DNA of 64,000 nt, taken from an uncultured Thermoleophilaceae bacterium. Lineage in GTDB: Bacteria; Actinomycetota; Thermoleophilia; Solirubrobacterales; Thermoleophilaceae. A program made the translations under genes and the position numbers. Where the stretch lies: positions 125,318-189,317 of the forward strand of contig CAWHDX010000006.1 in NCBI GenBank assembly GCA_963828225.1. The letters run 5' to 3'. Positions 19,963 to 30,044 of the stretch are shown piece after piece. Every line of letters starts with the position of its first letter. The stretch's first letter is position 1. The notes under the pieces are model-generated. The model searched no databases. It saw nothing but the letters and a program-made list of their open reading frames with translations, and was not told where the DNA came from.

Positions 19963-20231
19963 TCTCTCTCCTCCTGATCGCCCATTCCGGCGGTCCGTGC
20001 AACCGGACGAAACCGTGGAGCTAATTCCCAAGCGAACCTAACTCTGCGTGCCGCGCGGAGCCTAGACCCGTCCTTAGTCGCTTGTCAAGGCGTGATGTAG
20101 GCTGGAGGGGTGGCTTCTGAGCCGCATATAGTTTCTAACTGGAACCAAAATCACCGGCGCGTGGTTCCGCCCGCCGCAGCTCAGCTGGTAGCGGGTAGAT
20201 TCGGCTGCTGCCAATGGCGGGCTTTTGAGCA

Positions 20232-21517
20232 ATGAGGACCGAGCGCCGCGCACCTACGCTCGTGGGCAACCGCACCACCAGCGATTGGAAGAACGCTGCC
20301 GCCCGCAACGTCCTGCTGCGCGAGATCCGGCTACGGGCGCCGATCTCCAGGATCGACCTCTCGAAGCGCACGGGGATCAGCAAGCCCGCAGTCACGCGCG
20401 GTGTGGCTGCGTTGATCGACGAAGGGCTGGTGGCGGAGACGAGCCTGGGCGACGCCGGCAGCGCCGGCGGGCGGCGCCCGCGAATGCTCGAGCTCGTACC
20501 GAGCGCCGCGGCCGGCCTCGGGTTCATGCTCAAGGTCGGCCGGATGGTCGGCGGCATCGCGGGCTTCGACGGCCGGCTCGAGCGGCGCGTAGAGCTCGAT
20601 TTCGATCCGCTGGGCGACCCGCGCCAGAGCCTCGACCAGGTGGTCGAGCTGCTCGAGCTCCTGATGGCGGACAACCCGGCCGACCGGCCTCTACTCGCGG
20701 CGGGTGTCAGCGTTCCCGGCCTGGTCGACGAGCTCGGGCGGATAGTGACCTTCCCCCACATGCCGAGCTGGCGCGGCCTGCCGCTGTCGCAGCTGCTCGA
20801 GGACCGGCTCGGCATGCCCATCTATCTCGACAACGAGAGCCGTGTCCAGGCGATCGCGGAGGCGTGGTTCGGGGACGCGCAGTCGGTGCGCAACTTCGTC
20901 TGCCTGGAGGCCGGCGCCGGGATCAGCGCGGGAATCGTCGTCAACGGGGAGCTCTGGCGCGGCGCCCATTCGCTCGCCGGCGAGACGGGACACGCGAGCA
21001 TGACCGCCGACGGCGCCCGGTGTCACTGCGGCAGCCGTGGTTGCTGGGAGATGGCCGCCTCCACCACACAGCTGCTGAACAACGTCCGCGCGGCCTCCAT
21101 CGCGGCGTCCGACGAGATCGCGTCCAACGACGCGGAGTTGACCGTGGAGCGAGTCGTCGCCGCCGCCGACGCACGCGACGAGGTCGCCCTACGCGAGATC
21201 GGTGCTCACGCGGATGCGTTGGCCGCCGGGATCTGCAACCTGATCCTCGCCTACGACCCCGAGCGGATAATCCTGCACGGGCAGTCCGTGCTGCTCGGGC
21301 CGAGACTGGAGGAGATGCTCCGTACGCGCGTCGCGGAGCGCTTCCGACTGTGGCTCGATTACGACCCGCCCATCCGGCTGACCCGAGCTGGGCACCGAGG
21401 GCGCGCTGACCGGCGCCTTGAGCCTCGCGCTCCACGCCGCGTGGGGCTTCGGGGACCCGACCGCCGAGGCAGGCGGAACCGTCGTCCCCCGCCCGGAGTC
21501 GGACGCAGGCCGGCTAG
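20232..21517 (+). pseudogene. ROK-family transcriptional regulator, frame break near 21383; exact 3' end uncertain
   Basis: HTH ISRIDLSKRTGISKPAVTRGV. ROK Zn motif CHCGSRGCWE. After ...PIRLT the sense continues one frame over (ELGTEGALTGALSLALHAAW). Confidence 0.8.
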
Positions 21518-22391
21518 CGGGGCCGCGCGGCGTCGGCCGCCGCCATGCTCCAGGCGACGACGCCGAGCGCCGTGACGACCATGGCGCCGCCGGCGAGCTG
21601 CCGCGTAGAAAGCTCCTCGCCGAGGATGACGTAGGCCAGCACTGCCACGAGCACCGGCTCGACGGCGACCACCGCACCGGCCGTGAACGCGGAGGTCGCG
21701 CCGAGGCCGACGCCCGCCAGCAGCGCCCAACCCGCTGCCGAGACCCCGATCGCCAGCAGCAGCGGGAGCGACAGCGCCGCCGGGCCAGTCGAACGCGCCG
21801 ACTGGGTCCGTCAGCAGGACCGTCAGGGCAGCGCCGAGCATGGCGAGTGGAAACGCGAGCGCCGCCGCAACGTGCTGGCGCCGCTCGAGCACCAGCAGGA
21901 AGGCCGCGAAGCCGGCGGCGCTGGCGAGTCCCGCGAAGACCCCGACGAGGTCGACGGAGCCTCCGATCGGCGCGGCCATCACCGCGACGCCCGCGACGAT
22001 CCCAATGGTGGTGACGCGTTCGACGAGCGTCGGCGCCTGCCCCGTCCGCGCCCAGTAGAACGCGGCGATCCACATCGGGGTGGTGGCGAGCAGCAGCGCG
22101 AGCATGCCGGCCGGCAGCCTGGCGAGGCCCTCCAGCTCGGCGCGCGCGTTCAGCCAGAGCAGCGCTCCGGCCGCGACGGCGACAGCGGCCGCGCGCGCCG
22201 ATGATGGCCCCCCGCGCGCGCAGTAGAAGAGGCAGGGCCACGGCCACGCACGGGGCCGCGATCAGCATCCGGACGGCGAGAATCCCGCCTGGGTCGGCGC
22301 CCTCGGCATACGCCTGCTTGATCGCGATCACCCCGCACGAGATCGACGCGGCGGCAAGCACCAGCGCCGCGAAGCCCGCCCTGGGGCCCAT
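21514..22391 (-). pseudogene. EamA/DMT-family transporter, frame breaks near 21781 and 22192
   Basis: Three collinear hydrophobic pieces in three frames. They read MGPRAGFAALVLAAASISCGVIAIK..., then AAVAVAAGALLWLN...MLALLLATTPMWIAAFYW..., then ALSLPLLLAIGVSAAGWALLAG...VVAWSMAAADAARPR*. Confidence 0.75.
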
Positions 22392-22403
22392 GGAGGCGCG
22401 CGG

Positions 22404-23417
22404 TCAGGCCTGGGCGCGTTCCCGCTCGAGGCTGGTGAGCGTCGGCGGGTCCGTGAGCCAGGAGAGGGAGGCGCTCGGCTCCTGCCAGAGAGCGCTTCGG
22501 AGGATCTCGACCGTGCGCTCGAGCCCCTCCATGATCGGAGCGAGCGGATCCTCGTGCTCGATGCTCACGACACCGTCGTAGCCGACGGTGCGCAGCACCG
22601 CGGCCAGCTGCCTCCAGAACCCGACGTCGTGGCCGTAGCCGATCGTCGCGAACCGCCAGGAGCGACCGGGCGTCTCGGGTGCCGACGTGGCGAGCAGGCC
22701 GTCGCGAGCGGCGACCGCCTGGTCGATGTAGGTGTCCTTCGCATGCACGTGGAAGAGCATCCCGGAGCGCCCCAGTTCCTCGGCGACGACCAGCGGGTCC
22801 ATCCCCTGCCACCAGAGGTGGCTCGGGTCGAAGTTGACCCCGACATTCTCGCCGCAGCCCTCGCGCAGCCGACGCATCGACGGCCCGTTGAAGACGCAGT
22901 CGCCCGGATGCGGCTCGAACGCCAAGCGCACCCCGTGCTCGCCGGCGAACGCGGCGCCCTCGCGCCAGAACGGGATGATCTTCTCCTCCCACTGCCACTC
23001 GAGGAGCTCCTCGTAGTAGCCCGGCCACCCCGTGGAGACCCAGTTCGGATACTCGCCTCCGTCGGGGGTCCCGGGGCAACCGGCGAACAGGACGACCTGG
23101 CGCACGCCGAGCTTCTCGGCGGCGAGCACGGTCTTGCGGAACACGGCCCCCGCACGATCCGCGTAGGCGGGGTTCGGGTGGAGCGGATTGCCGTGACAGC
23201 TGAGCGCGCTGATCTCGAGGCTGCGGGCGTCGAGGTCGCGCTGGAGCGTCTCCACCGCCTTCGGGTCGTCGACGACGGCGTCGAGCCCGACGTGCCAGTC
23301 CGACGAGAACTCGCCGGTCCCGAGCTCGACCGCGTCCAGGCCGAGCTCCGCGCAGATGTCGAAGGCCCTCGCTCGATCATGATCGCCGAGCACTCCCGTC
23401 AGCAGTCCAAGCTTCAT
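22404..23417 (-). CDS. sugar phosphate isomerase/epimerase (xylose-isomerase-like TIM barrel)
   Basis: 337-aa intact ORF. Confidence 0.85.
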   Translation of the reverse strand: MKLGLLTGVLGDHDRARAFDICAELGLDAVELGTGEFSSDWHVGLDAVVDDPKAVETLQRDLDARSLEISALSCHGNPLHPNPAYADRAGAVFRKTVLAAEKLGVRQVVLFAGCPGTPDGGEYPNWVSTGWPGYYEELLEWQWEEKIIPFWREGAAFAGEHGVRLAFEPHPGDCVFNGPSMRRLREGCGENVGVNFDPSHLWWQGMDPLVVAEELGRSGMLFHVHAKDTYIDQAVAARDGLLATSAPETPGRSWRFATIGYGHDVGFWRQLAAVLRTVGYDGVVSIEHEDPLAPIMEGLERTVEILRSALWQEPSASLSWLTDPPTLTSLERERAQA

Positions 23418-23541
23418 CCGTGTCTCCTCCTCAAGAAAGTTTCTATATGACTCGAATTACGAGGTCGAGGTGCGGCGACTATACAGCTGCGGGCTTGTCT
23501 GAGCCGCGTGCTGGACTCGCGCGGCGCAGATTGGTTCCGAT

Positions 23542-24483
23542 ATGGAACTATTGTTACCGGTGGAGCTCAGTCTCATGATCGAGTCGCAGGAGGGCGTCAG
23601 CTGGTCACAGTGGCGGGCGATCGCGGCCGCCGCCGAGGAGCACGGGCTGCAGGGGCTGTACGGATCCGACCATTACCTGTCGGAGCTACCCGGGAGCGAC
23701 CGCGACGCGCTCGACATCTGGGGAACGATCTGCGGCCTCGCGGCGGTCACTTCGCGCATCCGCCTCGGCACGCTCGTCTCGCCTGCGACCTTCCGCCATC
23801 CCTCGGTGCTCGCCAAGCTCGTCGTGACCGCCGATCACCTGTCAGGGGGTAGGGTCGACCTGGCGATGGGCACCGGCTGGTTCGAGGCGGAGCACCAGGC
23901 GTACGGCTTCCCGTTTCCGTCCCAGCGCGAGCGCATGGATGTCCTCGAGGAGCAGGTGGAGATCATCCGCCGCAGCTGGGGCACCGAGCGGTTCTCGTTC
24001 CGCGGCTCGCACTACGAGATCGTCGACCTCGACGCGCGCCCCAAGCCGTTGCGCCCGGGACGCCCGCGCCTCGTGATCGGCGGCGGCGGCGGACCGCGCA
24101 GCCTGGCGCTCGCAGCCGATTGGGCCGACGAGTACAACACGCCCCTGTCCACGGACGCCCTGCTCCGCCGCCTCCTGGAGGACCTGCGCGCGGCGTTCGA
24201 GCGCGCCGGCCGCGATCCCGCGACCGCACGGGTGTCCGTGATGACGCCGATCGTGGTCGGGGTGAATCACCGCGAGGTGGAGCAGCGTGTTGCGCGGGCC
24301 CGGCGGCTGCGGGGTGCGACGAGCCCTCCGGAGACATGGATCGTCGGCACCCCAGCCCAGGTGGTCGAGCGGCTGCACGAACTCGAGGCGCTCGGGGTGG
24401 CACACGCCGTCGTCGAGGCAGTCGACCACGCGGACCTCGAGATGGTCGCGCTCCTCGGGCGCGCAGTGCTCCCCGAGCTATGA
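23542..24483 (+). CDS. LLM-class (luciferase-like) F420-dependent oxidoreductase
   Basis: 313-aa intact ORF: LGTLVSPATFRHP..LAK...DHLSGGRVDLAMGTGW. Confidence 0.85.
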   Translation: MELLLPVELSLMIESQEGVSWSQWRAIAAAAEEHGLQGLYGSDHYLSELPGSDRDALDIWGTICGLAAVTSRIRLGTLVSPATFRHPSVLAKLVVTADHLSGGRVDLAMGTGWFEAEHQAYGFPFPSQRERMDVLEEQVEIIRRSWGTERFSFRGSHYEIVDLDARPKPLRPGRPRLVIGGGGGPRSLALAADWADEYNTPLSTDALLRRLLEDLRAAFERAGRDPATARVSVMTPIVVGVNHREVEQRVARARRLRGATSPPETWIVGTPAQVVERLHELEALGVAHAVVEAVDHADLEMVALLGRAVLPEL

Positions 24484-24932
24484 CCCGGGCGGGTCTCGAT
24501 GCGTTGGAGCTCGAGCTGCTCGATGCGGTGCTGGAGCGTCTGATCCCGTCGGACGGGCTCGGCGCGGGTGCGCGCGAGGCCTGCGTGTCGCGCTACCTGA
24601 CGAGGCGGCTCGCCGGGCCCTATCGCCACCACCTGGAGACGTACGCCGACGGCCTGCACCGCCTCGAGGCAGAATCGCGACAGCGCCACGGAGCCGGTTT
24701 CGCGAGCCTCGGCCCGGAACGGCAGGACGCGCTGCTGCACGCTGCCGCCACCCGCTCCGACGACGGCGACCCGTTCTTCGAGCTCCTCCTTGCGCACGCG
24801 CTCGAGGGGATGTTCGCGGACCCCTCCCACGGCGGCAACGCCGACCGTGTCGGCTGGCAGCTGATCGGGTACCCGGGCCCGCGCGCGGTGTGGAGCGAGG
24901 CGGACCAGCGGCTCGGCACGACGGACCCGTGA
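24480..24932 (+). CDS. gluconate 2-dehydrogenase subunit-3-family protein
   Basis: ATG overlaps the upstream stop (ATGA). Sequence LDAVLERLIPSD...FFELLLAHALEGMFADPSHGGN. Confidence 0.75.
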   Translation: MTRAGLDALELELLDAVLERLIPSDGLGAGAREACVSRYLTRRLAGPYRHHLETYADGLHRLEAESRQRHGAGFASLGPERQDALLHAAATRSDDGDPFFELLLAHALEGMFADPSHGGNADRVGWQLIGYPGPRAVWSEADQRLGTTDP

Positions 24933-26569
24933 CGCCGTCGACCGGTCGAGCCGCGGACGTGATCGTCGTGGGACTCGGCGCAGCGGGCAGCGTCGCCGCG
25001 CACGTCCTGACGCAAGCCGGACTGCGGGTCGTCGCCATCGAGGCCGGGCCGCGACTCCGCCGCGCGGACATGACGTTCGACGAGCTCCGAAACGACGTCG
25101 ACCAGTGGATGGGTGCACCCAAGTCCGCGGGAGAGGTGCCGACGTTCCGGACCGGCGTCGGCGAGCCGACCGCACCTGCGCCGTACCCGGCGGTGATGGT
25201 CAACGCGGTGGGCGGCTCAGCGCTGCACTACCCCGGGACGAGCCCGCGTCTGCTGCCGTGGAACTTCCGCGCGCGGTCGCTCACAGTGGAGCGGTACGGA
25301 GAGGGGGCCGTTCCCGCGGACTCCACGCTCGTCGACTGGCCGCTGGACTACGACGAACTCGAGCCGTACTACGACCTGGTCGAGCGGGCGATCGGCATCA
25401 GCGGCGCGGCGGGCGCCAACCCGTACGAGGGTCCGCGCAGCGGTCCGTACCCGATGCCCCCGCTGCGTCGCACCGGTCTCACGGAGCTGATGACCCGAGG
25501 CGCGCGCGAGCTCGGGTGGCATCCGTACCCCGCGCCCGCGGCGATCAACTCGATCCCTTTCAATGGCAACCCCGCCTGCACCTACTGCGGGTTCTGCGAG
25601 AACAACGGCTGCCACAACGGCGCGAAGGGCTCACCCGACAACAACCTGCTGCCCCTCGCCGAGGCGACCGGAAAGCTCGAGGTGATCGAGTCGGCGCGGG
25701 TGACGCGGATCGAGGTCGATCGCGGTGGCCGGGCCACAGGCGTCGCGTACGTGCAGCACGGCGAAGCCCGGGTTCAGCGCGCCGCGGCGGTGTTGCTGGG
25801 CGCGCATACGTACGAGAACGTGCGGCTGCTGCTGCTCTCCGGGATCGACGGGCGCGGGCAGGTCGGTCGGCACTTCATGCCCCACATCAACCCCGAGGTC
25901 TTCGGGCTGTTCCCCGGCATCGACCTGAAGATGGCGACGGGCTCGTGGGGACAGGGGGTCTCCGTCGACGACTTCAACGGCGACAACTTCGACCATGCCG
26001 GGCTCGGCTTCATCTCGGGCGGGATGTTCACGGCGGCTCACGAGCTCCTGAAGCCGATCCTGCTCAGCCAGACCGTGCCGCCCGGGCGTCCGCGCTGGGG
26101 ACCCGAGTGGAAGCTCTGGCTTGCGCGCCACGGCCGCTCGATCGCGATGACGCTCGCGCAGGTGGACGTGCTTCCCTACCGGACCAACATGCTCGACCTG
26201 GACCCGGTGGCCAAGGATCGCAACGGCATGCCGCGCGTGCGCGTGACCTTCAAGCCGCACGCGAGCGAGGCGCGCGCCCGCCGCTTCCTGATTGGGAAGC
26301 TCGCCGAGTGGCTGCGGGCGGCCGGCGCCACCGAGACATGGGCGCGGCCGGGAGAAGCGATCGAGCTGCGCACGGCGTACGGTGGCGCGAGGATGGGCGC
26401 CGACCCGAGCACCTCCGTCGTCGATCCCTTCGGCTTCGCCCACGGGATCGAGAACCTGGGTCTGCTCGGCAGCTGCCTCTTCCCGACCGCCGGGGGGCAC
26501 AACCCGACGCTCACTCTGCAGGCACTCGCCTGGCGCACGAGCGAGCGGCTCGTGGCGGACCTGACGTGA
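24929..26569 (+). CDS. GMC-family FAD oxidoreductase
   Basis: GTG overlaps the upstream stop (GTGA). Sequence DVIVVGLGAAGSVAA...; C-terminal ...GGHNPTLTLQALA. Intact in the 24287..26569 frame. Confidence 0.85.
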   Translation: MTPSTGRAADVIVVGLGAAGSVAAHVLTQAGLRVVAIEAGPRLRRADMTFDELRNDVDQWMGAPKSAGEVPTFRTGVGEPTAPAPYPAVMVNAVGGSALHYPGTSPRLLPWNFRARSLTVERYGEGAVPADSTLVDWPLDYDELEPYYDLVERAIGISGAAGANPYEGPRSGPYPMPPLRRTGLTELMTRGARELGWHPYPAPAAINSIPFNGNPACTYCGFCENNGCHNGAKGSPDNNLLPLAEATGKLEVIESARVTRIEVDRGGRATGVAYVQHGEARVQRAAAVLLGAHTYENVRLLLLSGIDGRGQVGRHFMPHINPEVFGLFPGIDLKMATGSWGQGVSVDDFNGDNFDHAGLGFISGGMFTAAHELLKPILLSQTVPPGRPRWGPEWKLWLARHGRSIAMTLAQVDVLPYRTNMLDLDPVAKDRNGMPRVRVTFKPHASEARARRFLIGKLAEWLRAAGATETWARPGEAIELRTAYGGARMGADPSTSVVDPFGFAHGIENLGLLGSCLFPTAGGHNPTLTLQALAWRTSERLVADLT

Positions 26570-26593
26570 CGGCCCGGCAGCCGCACCCGGCTG

Positions 26594-28048
26594 CTAGTCG
26601 GCGGCGGCCGGCGCGGCGGCGCCCGCCCGCAGCGTTGCCATAGACGGCAGCACCAGCAGCGCCACCGCGAGGCCGACCGCGAAGATCCCGGCGGCCCACC
26701 AGAAGGCGGTGGTGTAGCCGTGCACCGCGGCCGCCTGCGCCAGTCCCGGGCCGGGCGCGTGGCTCGCCGCGTAGCTCGACGCGGCGCTTGCGAACAGCGT
26801 GCTGAGCAGCGCCGTGCCGACCGATCCGCCGACCTGCTGGGAGGTGTTCACCATCGCCGAGGCGACGCCGGCCTCGGTGCGGTCCACGCCGAGCGTCGCG
26901 GTCCCGAACGCCGGAGCGAAGATGTTGCCCATCCCGAAGCCGATCAGGAGCAGACCCGGGAGCACGTGGCTCGCGTAGCCGCCGTCGGGGGTCAGCCGCG
27001 TGAAGAAGACCATCGCCAGCACCCCGAAGGTCATGCCGATCGAGACCAGCACCTTGGCGCCGACGCGGTGGAGCAGGCGCGTCTGGACAGTGGTCGCGGT
27101 GACGACGATCGTGGCCGTCATCGGCAGGAAGGCGACGCCGGTCTCGAGCGGCGACAGCCCGAGCGTCTGCTGCATGTAGAACGTGAGGAAGAGAAAGACG
27201 CCGAAGACGCCCGAGCCGGCGAGCGCGATCGAGGCGTAGGCGCCGCCGCGGGCGCGGTCCCACACGACGTGCAGCGGCAGCAGCGGATGCGCGGCGCGGC
27301 GCTCGATCGCGACGAAGGCGATCAGCAGCACGACGCTCGCGCCGAGCGAGAAGACGGTGAGCGGCGCAGTCCAGGAATCGGTCTCCGCGTTGGAGAACCC
27401 GTAGACCAGGCCGAACAGCCCGGCCGACCCGGCGACGACGCCCGGCACGTCGATGCGCGGTCGCTGCGGATGGCCCTGGTTGACGAGCAGGCGGAGCGCC
27501 ACCAGCGCCGCGGGCACCGCGATCACGAGGTTCACGTAGAGGCACCAGCGCCACGACAGGGCCTCGGTGAGGATGCCGCCGAGGATCAGGCCGACCGATG
27601 CGCCGCCGCCGGCGAGCGCGCCGAAGATGCCGAACGCCTTGGCGCGGTCGGGCGAGTCGGCGAACGTGACTGTCAGCAGGGAGAGCGCCGAGGGGGCGAG
27701 CAGCGCGCCGAAGGCGCCCTGGAGGGCGCGCGCCGCGACCAGAACGCCGAACGATCCGGCGAGCCCGCCGATCGCGGAGGCGATGGCGAAGCCCAGCAGG
27801 CCGGCGATGAAGGTCCACTTGCGGCCGAACAGATCGCCGAGCTTGCCGCCGAGCAGCAGCAGGCTGCCGAAGGCCAGCGCGTAGGCGGTGATGATCCACT
27901 GGCGCTGGTCGGTTCCGAAGCCGAGCGCGTCCTGAGCCGAGGGCAGGGCGATGTTCACGATGGTCGCGTCGAGCACCACCATGAGCTGCGCGGTGCCGAG
28001 GAGCGCCAGCACGGCCCAGCGGTTCGGTTCGCGGGCTCGTTCGGTCAT
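26594..28048 (-). CDS. MFS transporter (DHA2/EmrB-QacA type, 14 TM)
   Basis: ORF 26594..28066, ATG at 28048. Sequence VLDATIVNIALPS and LGGKLGDLFGRK. Confidence 0.85.
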   Translation of the reverse strand: MTERAREPNRWAVLALLGTAQLMVVLDATIVNIALPSAQDALGFGTDQRQWIITAYALAFGSLLLLGGKLGDLFGRKWTFIAGLLGFAIASAIGGLAGSFGVLVAARALQGAFGALLAPSALSLLTVTFADSPDRAKAFGIFGALAGGGASVGLILGGILTEALSWRWCLYVNLVIAVPAALVALRLLVNQGHPQRPRIDVPGVVAGSAGLFGLVYGFSNAETDSWTAPLTVFSLGASVVLLIAFVAIERRAAHPLLPLHVVWDRARGGAYASIALAGSGVFGVFLFLTFYMQQTLGLSPLETGVAFLPMTATIVVTATTVQTRLLHRVGAKVLVSIGMTFGVLAMVFFTRLTPDGGYASHVLPGLLLIGFGMGNIFAPAFGTATLGVDRTEAGVASAMVNTSQQVGGSVGTALLSTLFASAASSYAASHAPGPGLAQAAAVHGYTTAFWWAAGIFAVGLAVALLVLPSMATLRAGAAAPAAAD

Positions 28049-28100
28049 GCCACTCACACTACGCACGCCAGAGATCGGGATTTCGGGTTAGTGTCGCCCG

Positions 28101-28469
28101 ATGAACAACCGCCTCGTAGTCGTGCTGGCCGCCCTGCTCCTGCTTCCCGCCGCCCTTCTCGGAGCCGGCTGCGGCGGCGACGACTCGAGCGGGGACGACG
28201 CGCCCTCGCCGGCCGAGGCCGCGGAGAAGGCGAAGGACCTCGACATCCCGACGGACGCCGACGAGCTGAAGGCGACGTGCGTGGACGAGTTCACCCAGAG
28301 CGGCCGGTCCGAGTCCGAGGCCGAGAAGCTGTGCACGGTCCCCGACGACGAGGAGATCGACGCGCAGGTCGAGAAACTCGTCAAGGACTGCCTCGAGGTG
28401 GCCAAGTCCCTCCCGGACGGCGACGTGCAGGAGCAGGCCGAGCAGGACTGCCGCGACAGCGGCCAGTAG
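28101..28469 (+). CDS. small secreted lipoprotein, acidic, four extra Cys
   Basis: Lipobox LLGAGCGG; 122 aa; no family recognised. Confidence 0.6.
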   Translation: MNNRLVVVLAALLLLPAALLGAGCGGDDSSGDDAPSPAEAAEKAKDLDIPTDADELKATCVDEFTQSGRSESEAEKLCTVPDDEEIDAQVEKLVKDCLEVAKSLPDGDVQEQAEQDCRDSGQ

Positions 28470-28479
28470 CGGGCCGCGC

Positions 28480-29143
28480 TCAGGCGCGCAGCAGCTGGAC
28501 GCGGAGCGTCTCCATGAACCAGCGCTGCCACTGCTCCGGGCTCCAGTCGCGCTCGTGCACCAGCAGCTGCCAGACGTCGGGGTGGTTCAGCGTCCACAGG
28601 ATGTCGGTCGCGCGATGCACGTCCAGGCCGCGGCGCAGGGCCTTGCGCTCGTGCAGGACTTCCACGATCGCGCGCTGGTTGTCATAGAAGTCCGACTGGA
28701 TGCGGTCCCATAGCTGGGCGCTGTCGCGATCGACTGCGGCGGCGCTGCGGATCACGCCGAGGAGCGGCCCGATGCGCTCCTTGACGATCCGCGAGTTCTT
28801 CGCGATCAGCCGGACCTGACGCTGCGGGTCGCGCTCGTCGAGTAGCTCGCGATACCAGGCACGGTCGCCCATCGGTGCCTCCGCGTCGTCGCCGCGCAGC
28901 CGGAGGTTCCACAGGGCGCGCAGCACGCCGCTCTTGCTCTCGAACGCGAGGTAGACGGTCTTCAGCGACACGCCCGCTTCGGTCGCGATCGCCGCCATCG
29001 TGGTCGCGGACCACCCGGCGCGCTCGAACAGGCGCTGCGCCGCCTCGAGGATCTGCCCGCGCGTGGCCGCCGCCTGCTCGCGGCGCCGCGGCGAGTTGTA
29101 GCGCCGCTTCTTGACAGGGTCGGCGATTTCGGTAGTGTCGCAC
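28480..29143 (-). pseudogene. TetR-family transcriptional regulator; start codon out of frame by one base (about 29140)
   Basis: The HTH region KKRRYNSPRRREQAAATRGQILEAAQRLFERAGWSATTMAAIATEAGVSLKTVY is continuous with ORF 28480..28998 but has no in-frame start. GTG at 29143 is in frame if one base is removed. Confidence 0.75.
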
Positions 29144-29181
29144 GGAATTCATTACATGTATGGGGTAGGGAAAGGACCGTC

Positions 29182-30030
29182 ATGGAAGCCGGCAGCGAGC
29201 TCCGCAGGAACCTCCACGGGATCTGGGCCTCGGTTGCGACCGGCTGGGGTGAGCACGCCGACTACGCCGACGAGCGCGCCACGCCCATCACCGAGAAGCT
29301 GCTCGAGCTGTCCGAGCCGCGACCGGGCGACGGGGTTCTCGAGCTGGCCTGCGGGCCTGGCGGTCTGGGACTCGCGGCGGCCGAGCGGGTGCTCCCCGAC
29401 GGCGAGGTCGTGCTCTCGGACGTCGTGGAGGAGATGACGGCGATCGCGGCGGGTCGAGCCGCAGAGCGCGGCCTCGGCAATGTCGCGACCGAGGTGCTGG
29501 ACCTCGAGGAGATCGACCAGCCCGACGCGTCATACGACGTGGTGCTCTGCCGGGAAGGCCTCATGTTCGCCGTCGAGCCGGAGCAGGCCGCTCGGGAGAT
29601 TCGGCGGGTCCTGCGTCCCGCCGGGCGCGCCGCGGTCGCGGTCTGGGGGCCGCGGGCGCGCAACCCGTGGCTCGGGGCGGTGCTCGACTCGGTCAGCGCG
29701 CAGATCGGGGTGCCGATCCCGCCGCCGGGCATCCCGGGGCCGTTCGCCCTCGAGGACGCCGAGCGGCTGAGCGCGATCCTGACCGGCGCCGGGCTCGCGG
29801 GCGCGTCCGTCTCAGAGGTGGACGTGCGGTTGCGGGCCGGCTCGTTCGACGAGTGGTGGGAGCGGACAACTGCACTTGCGGGCCCGCTGGCGAGAATGCT
29901 CGAGGCCCTGGACGCGGGTGCGGCCGAGGAGCTGCGCGCTCGCGCCGAGGCGGCCGCAGAGCCCTACCGGACCGAGGCAGGCCTCGACTTCCCGGGCGTC
30001 ACGCTGGTCGGATTCGGCCGGCGGGTGTAG
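29182..30030 (+). CDS. class I SAM-dependent methyltransferase
   Basis: Motif I VLELACGPGGLG; 282-aa intact ORF. Confidence 0.8.
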   Translation: MEAGSELRRNLHGIWASVATGWGEHADYADERATPITEKLLELSEPRPGDGVLELACGPGGLGLAAAERVLPDGEVVLSDVVEEMTAIAAGRAAERGLGNVATEVLDLEEIDQPDASYDVVLCREGLMFAVEPEQAAREIRRVLRPAGRAAVAVWGPRARNPWLGAVLDSVSAQIGVPIPPPGIPGPFALEDAERLSAILTGAGLAGASVSEVDVRLRAGSFDEWWERTTALAGPLARMLEALDAGAAEELRARAEAAAEPYRTEAGLDFPGVTLVGFGRRV

Positions 30031-30044
30031 CGCCCGCCTCGCGC

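Noticed and set aside
20168-20221. tRNA-like stretch GCCCGCCGCAGCTCAGCTGGTAGCGGGTAGATTCGGCTGCTGCCAATGGCGGGC, with a D-loop-like GCTCAGCTGGTAG and complementary ends GCCCGCC/GGCGGGC.
   Set aside because: It is only about 54 nt, with no T arm (no GTTCGAATC-type loop) and no proper anticodon arm. It is more simply a long hairpin in the ROK gene leader.
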